A stretch of 64,000 nt of DNA, taken from assembly GCA_026936335.1 (NCBI GenBank), contig JAPMXV010000011.1:226544-290543 (forward strand). Reading direction: 5' to 3'. This DNA comes from Mantamonas sphyraenae STR306. Its lineage: Eukaryota > Protista > CRuMs. The position numbers and the translations under genes were made by a program. This document shows positions 10,300 to 22,400 of this stretch, piece after piece; position 1 is the first letter of the stretch, and the number at the start of each line of letters is the position of its first letter. The notes below the pieces were generated by a model that was not told where the DNA came from, ran no database searches, and saw nothing but the letters and a program-made list of their open reading frames with translations.

Positions 10300-13200
10300 A
10301 TGTTTGAGATGACCCTTACGGACCTGGTCCGTGGCCTCCGCACTGCCAAGAGCGAAGAGGCCCAGTTCATCAGCAAGGCCATCCAGGAAATCAAGGAGGA
10401 GCTCAAGAGCAAGGACCTTGATCTCAAGGCCCAGGCTGTTCAAAAGCTCACTTACGTACGTCTTCCGGTTTCCAGCCTCCCCCTGCCCTTTGTCTCTGCT
10501 CTTCTGTGTCTCTACCTGTGCTCACCCTCTCCCTTATCCCTCGTTGCCCGCGCCCCGCCTGTCCGCCCGTCCCTGTCCTCCTCTCCAGCTCCACATGCTT
10601 GGCTACGACATGAGCTGGGCGGCGTTTCCCGTCGTCGAGGTCATTTCCTCCACCAAGTTTGCCCACAAGCGCATTGGATACCTTGCTGCCTCTCAGTCCT
10701 TCAACGAGGACACAGACGTGCTCCTCCTTATGACCAACCAGTTCAAAAAGGTGCGCTCTTCCCCGCCTGTTCCCTGCTCCGCTCCTTTCCCTCCGTGTGT
10801 TTCGACCTCAGGCCATCCGCGCAAATTTCCCCTCCCGTCCGTCGGCCCACCCCCCGTGCCCAACACTTCGCTCACACCGTGCGCACCGCCCCCCACGCAC
10901 TGCCCTCGCTCTTGTTGCCACCCCTGTTCGCCTCCCTCTCCGTCACAGGACTTCTCTTCCAGCAACCAGTACGATATTGGAGCTGCCCTCAACACCCTCT
11001 CCAACATTGTGACCCCCGACCTTGCCATCGACGTCATCTCCGACGTCGTCGCTATGGTCAACAGCAGCCGTCCATACGTCCGCAAGCGGGCCATCCTCTG
11101 CCTCTACAAGTGTGTTCTCAAGTACCCCGAGGCTCTGCGCGCCTCCTTCCCGCGTCTCAAGGAGCGCCTGGACGACGATGACGTTGGTAGGTGCTCATAT
11201 GCGCGACTCTCCATTCACCCTCCATAGCATTAGCATTGTGTGTCTGTATGCCCGGCTGCTTCGTTCACTCACATGACACGCACAGCCGTCGTCTCTGCCG
11301 CCGTGAATGTCATCTGCGAGCTGGCACGCAAGAACCCCAAGAACTACCTGGTCATGGCCCCGTTGTTCTTCAACCTGCTCACGTCCCCTTCAAACAACTG
11401 GATGCTCATCAAGGTCATCAAGCTGTTTGGCTCCCTGGCGCCGCTGCAGCCCAAGCTGGCAAAGAAGCTCGTCGAGCCGCTGACCAAGCTCATCACAAAC
11501 ACCACGGCCATGAGTCTGCTCTACGAGTGCATCAAGACGGCCACGGTGGGCCTCTCCCAGTACAAAGATATCATGACGCTGTGCATGGAGAAGCTGCGCA
11601 TGTTTGTCGAGGACCAGGACCAGAACCTCAAGTACCTGGGCCTCGTGGGAATGGGCGAGATCATGAAGACCCATCCCAAGATGGGCAACCACAACCGTGA
11701 GCTCATCATGTCCTGTCTCAACGACGAGGACCTCACCATCCGCCTCAAGGCCCTGGATCTCGTCACGCAGATGGTGTCCAAGAAGAACCTGGTGGACATT
11801 GTCAAGACACTGCTCATCCATCTGCAGTCGGCCGACGACGAAACACGCAAGGACCTCATCCTCAAGACCATCGCCATCTGCTCGCAAAAGGGTGCCTACA
11901 CATACGTCACCAACTTCCAGTGGTACATCTCTGTGCTCGTGGATCTGACGCGCGTGCCGGGGCCCGTGGCTCAGGGCACAGAGATCGGACAACAGTTTAT
12001 GGACGTCATCATCCGTGTCAACGTCGTGCGCCCGTTTGGCGTGAAGAACATGGCCAAACTCCTCGACGAGGATCGCCTGTGGGAGAGTGCACGCCGAGAC
12101 GACTCGACGCTGTCCGAGGTGCTCTACGCCGCCGCATGGCTGTGTGGTGAATACCCCAAGTTTGTGCCCAACCTGGCGCACACGGCCGAGTCGCTGCTGG
12201 AACCGCGCGTGATGCAGCTCGGCCCGCACATCCAGGCTGTGTTTGTTCAGGCTGTGCTCAAGCTCTACGCCCACGCATGCTCGCTGGTCAACGACTCCTT
12301 GGATCTGATGGGCGACAACGACGACATGCGCCTGGACGCAGACAACGGCGACGGCCAGGACTCGGACGACGCAAAGCTTGCTGTCGTGGAGGCCATTGCC
12401 GATCTCATCATCCAGAGACTGCCCATGCTGACGCAATCAGTGCATCTGGAGGTGCAGGAGCGCGCATGCACAGCGCTGGCGATTGTCAAATTGGTGGAAG
12501 AGACTCGCGGAAGCATTCCGGCGGTGCTCAACCAAGTGGCTCGCCTGTTTGAAGAGGAGCTGGTGGTGGTCAGCGCCAAGGCGGCCAAGCGCCAGGCCAA
12601 GGTGCTGCTGGAAAAGCTGGGTCCCCAGGGGCTGGATTTGGACAGCTGGATTGGAGAGCCAATCACCGACCCGGAAGATGTCATGGACGACGACAGCGAT
12701 ACGGGCTTTGGCGTGCGGGACACCGATTCAGACGCGTCGACGGACGACGAGGGAGGATTCTGGGGAACGGATGCAGCCGAGGCCATGGATGCGGAAGGCA
12801 AGCGCAAGCGCAGGGACGAAGCCAGGCGCGCACGCGAGAGCACACCGTATATTCTCAGCGGCAACTCGTCGGGCAAGAAGAAAGCGTCTTCAGGGATGGA
12901 CAGCGACGACGTGGACGTGGACTCGATCCCACTGGTGCCTCTGGACGAACAGGATCTGCTTGGCGGCGCTCCGTTCTTGATGTCCTCCACCATGGCTGGG
13001 TCGTCCAAGGGAAAGAAGGGCAAGAAGAAGCGACGACGAAAGCATCGCGGTGGCGACGACGACGACGAAGACGACGACGAGTACGGCTTGGCCTCGGGAC
13101 CCATCCAGATTACCGCCGTTGCAGACATGCCTGAAGGCTACGAGAGCAACAGCGACGAGGAGCAGGGAGCGGCAGGACAGGGTTCGTCTGCAAGCAAGTA

Positions 13201-13591
13201 TGCTTCGCTGGACATGGATCTGACGTCTGGTGACACGACGCTGCCGCAGCTGCAGGCATACGGCGCACAGACGGCGAGCAACACGCGATCGCAGGTTGTG
13301 CACGGCGGCGACGATGCGGAGGGCAAGAAGAAGAAGAAGAAGAAGAAGAAGGACGGCGACAGTGAGGGCAAGAAGAAGAAGAAGAAGAAGAAGAAGGCGG
13401 CCGAGGAAGAGGAGCAGGAGGATTTGATCAGCTTTGACACGTTTGACCCGCTGGCAAACACGTCGTCCTCAAACGACGGGGAGGCAGCACAGGGTGACGA
13501 GGAGAAGAAGAAGAAGAAGAAGAAGAAGAAGAAGGATGGGGATGGCGAGGGCAAGAAGAAGAAGAGGAGGAAGCCGAAGAGCAGCGAATGA
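10300..13591 (+). CDS. AP3D1: AP-3 complex subunit delta, exons 10300-10455, 10589-10750, 10949-11186, 11286-13591
   Basis: MFEMTLTDLVRGLR, KLTYLHMLGYDMSWAAF, HKRIGYLAASQSF, NNWMLIKVIKLF, DQNLKYLGL, LEVQERA. Three GT-AG introns keep the frame. The tail is acidic and poly-Lys. Confidence 0.96.
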
Positions 13592-13644
13592 AAAACCCAG
13601 GCCGTTTGCTGGCAGCTGCGCCGCCAACGAAACGCTCCACAAAC

Positions 13645-15247
13645 ATGTCATCGTCGAGCAGGAGTGGTGGACGACACCGCAAGCGCAATGTGGCGTGGGA
13701 GGTGTACAAGTGTGCACGGAAGATTGGCAACCTGGAGACGTGCGGACTGAACAGCACGATGGCGCTGACGCAGAAGGAGAAGCGGAAGCGCAAAGCCAAG
13801 TGGAAAGCAACTCTGCATAGCGGGCAGGGGAAGGAAGCACAGGCGCAAGTGGACACATGGATTGAGGAGGCCAAGCAAGAGTTTCGAGAGCTGCAGGAGG
13901 AGCGGAAGAGGAGAAAGGCATTCACCGGACGAAAGCATCTGCGGAAGGCGCTGGAGAGGAGCCATGCAGCCGTGGTGAAGAAGATGAAAAACAAAGAGGG
14001 CAAGGGCAAGAGCCTGGCACGTGCTCTGGAGGCGTTTGAGGTAAGTTTAGAGATCCAAAGGAGATCAACGCGCGGAAGACGAATCGGTGTGACACACAGA
14101 GGCTGACGAGGACGGGCATGCATTGCAGAACATGGAGAGTGAGGCAATGTATACATGGATGGAGGGTGAGGAGGAGCTGGCACGGGACAAGGTGCTGGAA
14201 GAGGTGCTGCGTGGAGCGAGGAAGGGACATGCAGTGCAGGCGGACGAGGAGGCCATGGTGTGGATGAAGAGGATGGTGAAGGAATGGCTGAAGCGCAAGG
14301 AGGTGCAAGAGAAGTGGGAGGAGTGGCGAGAGATTGCACAGATTGAGGTGATGGACGTGCAGAGGTACCTTGAGGAGCAGGCGAACAAGCGCACGCCCGA
14401 AAGCGACTCTGAGGACGATGAGTCGGATGACGAGAGCGGAGACGACGGCAAAATGCGACGTGGAGGTGCAGTCACTTCCAGGACGGCGTATGCAATGTCA
14501 GACTTTGATGATGATGAGGGGGAGGAGGAGGAGAACGAGGATGGCGAAGACGGCGGGTGGAACTCGGCGGAGGAAGATGGGTGGAATTCTGCAGACGAGG
14601 ATGGATGGGGAGAAGAAGAAACGCAGGACACAGGGGCAGGCGGGCACTCGCTATTTATTGGATCCTTGGGCGGAGGCATGAAGGAAGAGGAAGGGAAACG
14701 GTCCACCACGAAGCGGGCATCCAAGGACAAGAAGGACAAGAAAGACAAGAAAGGACAAAAGGAGAAAGGCAAGGCCAAGGCCAAGGCGAAGGGGGCGGAC
14801 GAGAAGGCACAACCAACGCCAAAGAAGAAAAAGAACAGAATGGGACAGCGACAACGGCGGCAGCTGGCGGAACAGAAGTTTGGGGAGGATGCAAAACATC
14901 TGGCGGTGCATCCATCTTGGAAGGCAAAGCGACAGGCTGTGGAGGAGCAAGGGGTGGTGGTGGAGTTTAAGGGCAAACGAAAGACGTTTGCGGACGGAGA
15001 GGAGGAGGCAGAAGGACACCGGACTGGGGAGGACAAGGAAGCTCGTGCACAGCGGGAAATGGCCGAGCGGAAGCGGCAACGGATCGAACGGCAGGCATCG
15101 AAGGCACAGGATCAGAGTGCGGGAAGCACAGGAGGCGGCGGGAACAAGCATCCTTCGTGGCAGGCCAAGGAGCGAGAACGTGCGTTGATAGCCAAGGGAG
15201 GGCAAGGCAGTAGGGTTGTGTTTGGGGATGACGACGACAGCGATTGA
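13645..15247 (+). CDS. BUD22/SRFBP1-family ribosome biogenesis protein, exons 13645(or 13588)-14040, 14129-15247
   Basis: KKNRMGQRQRRQLAEQKFG...HPSWKAKR...FKGKRKTF is the BUD22 C-terminal signature. Phase-0 GTAAGT..CAG intron at 14041-14128. The start codon is uncertain. Confidence 0.8.
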
Positions 15248-15312
15248 GGATGCGAGGATGCGTTGGGTCCAGCACATCAAAAACAACAGCGTGAAGAAAC
15301 CAGACGCAAATA

Positions 15313-16071
15313 ATGTCGACGTTGAGAGTCAAATTGTTGAGTGAAAACGCACGACTGCCCACCCGTGGGAGCGCGCGTGCAGCAGGGTATGATCTGTATG
15401 CAGCAGAGGACGTGGAGTTGGGCGCACACGGCAAGGCTCTTGTCAAGACAGACATCTCGTTGGCCATCCCTTCGGGCCACTACGGGCGTGTGGGTAGGTT
15501 TTGTGGACGTGGGTCAAGGTGCAGTGCTGTGGGGACGTGAGACTGACACAGGAACGGGGTTTGTTGTTGGCGTGTCGGGCGTGTGATCATCACGACGGGC
15601 CTGGACCCGGTTTTTCACACCCACAGCCCCGCGTTCGGGCCTTGCATGGAAGCACCACATCGACGTGGGCGCAGGGGTCATCGACGAAGACTACCGTGGA
15701 CCGTTGGGAGTTGTGCTGTACAACCACAGCGACAAGGACTTTGGAAGTGAGTTGTGGTCGCGTGATCACCTCTGGCTGGAAAAACGACGCCTCTTACACA
15801 CACACACACACCCCTCTTGCACGCCGGAGCAGTTTCTGTGGGCGACCGCATCGCACAGCTGATCTTGGAACGCATCAGCACACCGGAAGTGGAGCAGGTG
15901 GAGGACCTGGACGCAACGGAGCGCGGAGCTGGCGGCTTTGGGTCGACAGGAGTGTCCGACTCGTCGTCGTCGAGCAACAGTGGCAGTCCCAAGAAACGCA
16001 AACTGGAAGATGAAGAGCAAGAGCAGGAGAAGGAGGGGGAATCAAGCGATGCGATGGAACAGGAGGGGTGA
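15313..16071 (+). CDS. DUT: dUTP diphosphatase, exons 15313-15493, 15627-15746, 15833-16071
   Basis: All five dUTPase motifs appear after splicing: [39 protein letters not shown]. Confidence 0.96.
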
Positions 16072-16088
16072 GGGGCTCGTCAAACACT

Positions 16089-17745
16089 TCACTTGCTGGT
16101 CTCGGCCACAAATGCAGAGAGGATGTAGGCGACACACATGGTGAGGCGCTTCGTAAAGTCGATGTGGAGGAACTCGTTGGGGCCGTGTGCGTTGGAGTTG
16201 GGGCCCAGGACGCCTGTGATGACAAACTGGGCGTTGGGGAACTTCTTGCCAAGCATGCCCATGAACGGGATGGAACCGCCCTCACCAAAGTAGCACGGGT
16301 CCTTGCCGTCGAAAAAGGTGTTGCTGGCAGTCTTGATGGCCTCGGCCAGGTAGTCTGCGGTGGCCGGGGCGTTCCAACCGGAGCCGCTCTTCTCGCCTTC
16401 CCAGGAAACCTGGGCGCCGTAGGGCGGATCGTTCTCCAGGATCTCACCCAGCTTAGCGCTCATCTCCTTGGCATCGGCGGTGGGCGGCACACGCAGGGAC
16501 AGCTTAAAGGCGGATTCGGTGCGAAGGACGTTGCCGGCCTGCTCCAGGGGCGGGAAGCCTCCGGTGCCGGTCAGGGTCAGGGCAGGACGCCAGGTGCGGT
16601 TGAGGAGCAGCTCGTAGACGTCTGTGCTGACCGGCTGGGAGTTGCCTGTGTAAGGGAACTCCTCGTAGATGTCCTTGCCCATGATCTCGGCGGTGACCTT
16701 GGCTTCCTCAAGGCGACCCTCGGGAATGTCGACCTCAAAGTCTGCGCAACGGCCTGTCTGCAGGTCCTCCACGCGCTCGAGCAGCATGCGTGCGACACGT
16801 GTGGAGTCGGCGACAATGCCAGAGCCGTGGCCGCTGTGCACGCCCTCAGTGAGCAGCGACACACGCAGGTTGCCTGCCACAATGCCTCGCAGTGACGTGG
16901 TGATCCACAGCTGTTCGTAGTTGCCCGCTCCGCTGTCCAGGCACACGACGAGCTCGACGTTGCCGATCTTGTCCGTCAGCTTGTCGACGTAGTAGGGCAG
17001 ATCCGGGCTTCCGGACTCCTCGCAGGCTTCGATGATGATCACAATGCGCGATGTGGCCACCTTTTGCTCCTGCAGGGCCTTGATGGCCGTGATGGCTGCA
17101 AAGGCAGAGTACCCGTCGTCCGCGCCTCCACTGCGGTCCAAACGAGGGAACCACGACCATGTGTGCGTGTGCGCATGTGGGTGAGCATGGGGGAATGTAC
17201 AAATACCGCATGGGCACGTGAGTTGGGGTGTGTGTGTGCGTGCAGCCTGGTCCAAAGCGGAAAAACAGGGGTGCACTGGGAGGGCTCGCGTGAATCACAC
17301 GTCGGCAAACCGCCCAAGCAACAACGTACCGTCCGTACAGCTTGCCGTCCTTGATGACGGGCGAGTAGGGACCCAGTCCATCGTCCCAGTCGTTTGTGAG
17401 AGGTGGCTGCTTGTCCATGTGTCCGTACATGAGCACGGTGGGCAGGTCCGGGTTGTCGGCCTCGATGGGGTTGCCCGCAGCCGGAAGGGTCATCATGAGC
17501 AACGGAGTGCGGCCCTCGTCGGCGTGCAGGTCCAGGGTAAGGTTCTCCACGTTCTGGGCCTTGACCCACTCGACGATGAGGTCCATGGCTTGCTCCTGCA
17601 GGCCGTTGGTGGCCCACTCCTGGTCGTACGCGGGCGACTGGTTGGGGATCTTTACAAACTCCACGATGCGGTCAATCACATCGTTGTCGTAGGCAGCGTT
17701 GACAAAGTCTTGCACTTGGGTGGAAGGAAAGTCGGTGGAGGACAT
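16089..17745 (-). CDS. M20-family metallopeptidase (dipeptidase-like), exons 17745-17330, 17130-16089
   Basis: YGHMDKQPP, LYGR|GGADDG, EESGS, CLDSG, GGSIPF, NAHGPNE. The GTACGT..CAG intron joins the two ORFs. Confidence 0.93.
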
Positions 17746-17800
17746 GGTCGGTGTCTGTATGTTCGTGTGGGCCTGCGGGGGCGAAGCCAAGTCCAGGCAG

Positions 17801-19445
17801 ATGCGAGTTTTCACAGGTGACGAAGTCGGGCTGGTCAAAGGTGAGTGCATACCCACAGAGGACACACGTGTGACACTGCACATGCGCGGGTTCGTGGGGC
17901 GGAGGGCAAGGGCAAGAATTCACCCATGCGAGTGTGTCAGGAGAGGGGCAGCTGACAACGGACCTGGGAGAGCGCAGACGTGCAGCCGGATCGCAAGAAA
18001 CTACTGCATCGTTTCGGGCAGATGAGCCGCAAGGAGGCGGTGTTGCAAATGGAATGGGCATCTACACAGGGCCCTGACGAATTGCGGGTGAGTGAGTGGG
18101 CGGCGATGGGTGGCGCGTACTGGAGTAGCAGGAGGCGGGGCGGAAAGCACATGCGAGGCCAGCGCTGACACAACGACGGTGGGAGCAGTTGCTGAGCATG
18201 CACCGCCATGGGAGCATCCGTGTGATGGATGCAGATGAGAAACAGGTGGTGCACACAATCAACGGATACACGGGAACGGGTGTGGGCGTGCAGTGGATGC
18301 AGGGCGGATCCTCGTCCTCGTCCTCGTCCTCCTCATCATCATCGTCGTCATCGTCCACAGGCACCTCTGAGTACGGCGAGAGAGAGTATGTGCTGCGAGC
18401 GAGTGCCGAGGGCGATGTGACCTTGCACGGATTCACGGTGGATGCACAAGGGGACGCGGAAGACAGTGTCGGCTCGGTGTCCAGCGTGGAGGGCCTGCAA
18501 GCCAAGCTCAATGTGGGCAAGGGCGTGGAATGCATGCGTGTGCAGTGGAATGAGCATGCGTATGATACACACGTGCTGGGCAGCACCTTGCGCTTTGCTG
18601 TTGGGGGGAAGGAACTCGACGCCCAGGTTTGGGACTTTGAGGCGGGCAAGAGCGTATGGAAGGCCAAGAACGTGAAGCACGACATGCTCAACCTGGCTGT
18701 GCCTGTATGGCACACCGACGTTCACTTTGTGCCTGGCCAGCACGAGAATGTGCTTGCCACTTGCACCGGGTACCACCAGGTCCGCCTGTACGACATGCGT
18801 GCCCAGCGCCGTCCGGTCGCCCTGATCGAGAACGGAGTCAAGAAACTGAACTGCATGTGCATCTCTGCAGACGGCAAATATGTGTTCACAGGCGATGTCC
18901 GCGGCGACATGCGTCGTGTCGACCTCGGCACACGCCGCTCTCTCGGCAAGTTTATCCAGCATTCCGGGTCCATCCGCGCCGTGGAGTTGCACCCGGATGG
19001 TGACTCGCTCTGCTCCGTATCTATGGACCGCTATCTGCGCATCTACGACGTGCACACCCGTATGCTGAAGCACAGCATCTACCTCAAGCAGCTGCTCAAC
19101 TCGGTCCTGGTCTCCTCCGAGCCCGAGCAGGAGGAAGAAGAAGACGAGGAAGAAGGAAAGGGGGACAGCGATGCAGATGATGGAGACAATGGCAGCGAAG
19201 ATGACGATGACGACGACCAAGACGACGACGGCACATGGAATGCTCTGGAGGCCGTATCCGACGAGGATGATGATGATGATGATGAGGAGGAGGAGGATGA
19301 TGATGAGGAGGAGGAGGATGAGGATGATGAGGATGATGAGGAGGATGAGGAGGACGAGGACGAGGAGCGTGTGGATCGCAAGAGGAGATCATCCACGCGG
19401 AAGTCCGCCCAGCCTGCGGGCAAGAGGCAACGAGCGGCAAAGTAA
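17801..19445 (+). CDS. WDR74: WDR74/Nsa1 ribosome biogenesis WD40 protein, exons 17801-17840, 17978-18087, 18189-19445
   Basis: TGDEVGLVK N-terminus, AVGGKE, WKAKNVKHDMLNLAVPVW, VRLYDMRAQRRPV, IYLKQLL; acidic tail. Confidence 0.93.
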
Positions 19446-19484
19446 TGGACAGCACCCACACAGCGTTCTTGCATCGTTCTTGCA

Positions 19485-22400
19485 TTACAGACTCTCCTCC
19501 GGTTCCTCATCTTGCTTGATCTTCTCTTGATCAACACTCGTTGCCCCGGCAACCACTCCCAACTCCAGCTCCTCGACCGGACTGGCCGAATTGTGCGGCA
19601 CAGACATGCGTCGCACGGAGATGCGCTTCATCGCGTTTACTCCCGTGCGTCCCATGCTCTTCAGGCGCACAGAGAGTGCACCGATGCCAATTTCCGACTC
19701 ACCGAGGAGTTGGAGAACCTTGGCCAGCACTGTCAACTCCCCATACGCAAGGCCCCACACAAACACATCGTCTTCGTGGATAGCTTCACGAGCAGACTCT
19801 AGCACAGCAGCCTGGGTGCCACGGCGCGTTGTCCTCAGTGTGCGCACTTCGTCCTCCACAGCCTCCATCTCCGCCACAGTCAGATTGTTCTCTGCAATCT
19901 CCGCCAGCTGTCGGTGATAGTCTGCGTGCACAAAGGGACTCACTGCGGCCACGAAACGCCCCACGACGGCTGCGGAGCTCTTGTCATCCTCGCTCATCGA
20001 GCCTTCTCTCTGCCTGTCCTGCACTCCTTGCCACACATCCCGTCCCACATACCAGGCACAGACCACAACCACACTCACGGCCACTGTCATGGTCAACCCC
20101 TCCCATCCCTCTCGTCCCGCAGAATCGGCGCCCGTCACAAACACCATCCCCGCCACGAGCAATAGCAGCGACTCCACGAGCAGGATCCCCTCCAAGTTGT
20201 TCTGCATGGAGGTTTTGTACGGGTGGAAGGAAGCTTGCAACTGCGCCGCACCACCCAGCACCACCATGCCCAGCAGGCCTTGAAGCGCAGGAAGATTGGT
20301 TGCAAACAACTTCACGCCGACCACACTCGCCTTGCGCAGCAGAACCATGGCTTCAAACCAGAAGTAGTGCGGTGCGTACTTGCTGTAGATGGTTGAGTAC
20401 TTCTGCTGAAACTCGGGCTGGGCGCGGATCTCGGGATCGCGCGCACGGAGCATCACAGCCAAGAACGCCGCAGGTGTGCCCAGCACGTACACAAACAGAA
20501 ACAACACCGCAGGCGCAACCAAGCGAGCGTGCACGCCGTCTTCCACCCAACATTGCACGTTTGGCGAGGTGTCCATCACCGAAAAGCCTTCGCGCACCTC
20601 GCTGCAGTCAAACACCTCCAGCACGCGTGTGCACAGTGTGATGTACAGCAGTCCCATGCTGAACACCATTTCGTTGACCAAACGACGCATTGTCTCGTGG
20701 TCCACCATCTCCGGTTCGGTGAACAGCGTCGACACGTTGTGCCGCACCAGCGACAGCGCATAGCGCCACTTGGGCAGTGTGGCGTCGGGTTCCGCACAGA
20801 ACACAGGGTGTGCCTTCCCGAACGCCTCGCCATTCGCAAGCACCCAGCGGCTCAGTAGATACTGGCCTGCCACACGCAGTAGGAGGCCAACAGCGAGGAG
20901 CACCGGAAGCAACATGGCCGTCCAAAAGCGTGTTTCTGCCGTCCATCCTTGTGCGACGCTGCACTCGGGAGACGCTGTGTCAATGTTAAAGTTTGCCAGC
21001 GAGAAGGAATTGAGTGTGCTCTCTACACTGTCGGGCCAGTTGAGCCGGAACTCGCCAAACGTGCTGATGACCTGCAAGTGTGTGATGGCCAGCGCCGCAA
21101 CCTTGCCTGTGTTCTTTCGCGGTCCCGCACGGCCTTGCTTCTTCACAAAGAACAAGTACAGGATAAAGAGAGCAACCAGGAGCACAACCGTGCCCCCGGA
21201 GCCCGCCTGGCATGGCTGGCAAGTGTTGCCCAGCTTGAAGTAGCCTGGTGAGCATGTTCCGCAGAGAATGCCCTGGTAGCCAGGAGCGCAGGTAGACGAT
21301 GCGCCACCCAGGCATGCAGACTCCACAGCACAGCGCACATACCGGCGCTCGCCCGTTCTGAAGAATCCCACCTTGGCAACGGGCTGGGTCAGCAAACCAA
21401 CGCAGTCTGCGTTCTCGGGGCACGCCTCACACGCCAGCCCTGGCCTGCCGTCTTCGCGAAAGAAGCCTGCTTTGCACTGGCAGTCCGTGACATCCAGTGG
21501 CGTGGAGCGGATCGAGTCTGTGTTGCTCGGGCAAGACAGCACGTCCTGCAACACACTCAACGTCACGCCTCGCGTGGATGCATAGTGCTGTCCGTTGTCC
21601 AAGCTCACCTCCACCAGGTGCACGGCCGTTGAATGGTTGGCCGGCGACTCAACCACAATCTCTGTTGCCGTCAGACGCTTTGGCACAAACACCTGTCCAG
21701 CGCCCATCTGCACGACCACCGAACCGCTGTCAAAGAACCCACTGCCTTGAATGGTGACGTCCGCAACCTCTCCGGGTGTCTTGCGATCGGGATCCACCGA
21801 AAGCACGCTGGGCTGTGCGTACACCGTCAAGCTCACCTGAGTGTCGAACCAGTCGGCACCGTTCAGAGCCATCCACACCTTCACTGTAGCTCCCGCGCCA
21901 TTTGTCCTCTTGTACGCCGGCAGGATGGCTGTCACCGACGTCGTCGACTTGCTTGCGGCCACGCTGTCGCTCTGCCATCCATCGCTGTCCTGCAGCCGCA
22001 CCAGTGTCGTTTCGCTCACAGAGGCAAATTGACCCTCCAAAGTTACACTTGTGCCTCCGGCCAGCGGCATCACGCGTGGAAACACGCTGGTGAACGCGGG
22101 CACCCTGTACACGCGCAAGGTGCGCCTGTCACCACTCCACAGAGCACCTCCACTTGTGCTCACCTCCACCTCCACATCCACATATCCATTTGGCCCCACG
22201 GTCACCTTGCCCTCCAGTGAAGGCATGGTAAACACGAGCGGCGTCGACGAGAGCTCGACAATGACGGCCGGTGTTGACTTGATCCACACACGCAGCGACC
22301 CAGCCACCGATGCGTCCAAGATGTTGATTCCACTCACAGAGAGCACAGTGCCTCCGGACAGGGACGCACTCGATGGCGTGATGGTGCCCACAAACGGTGG

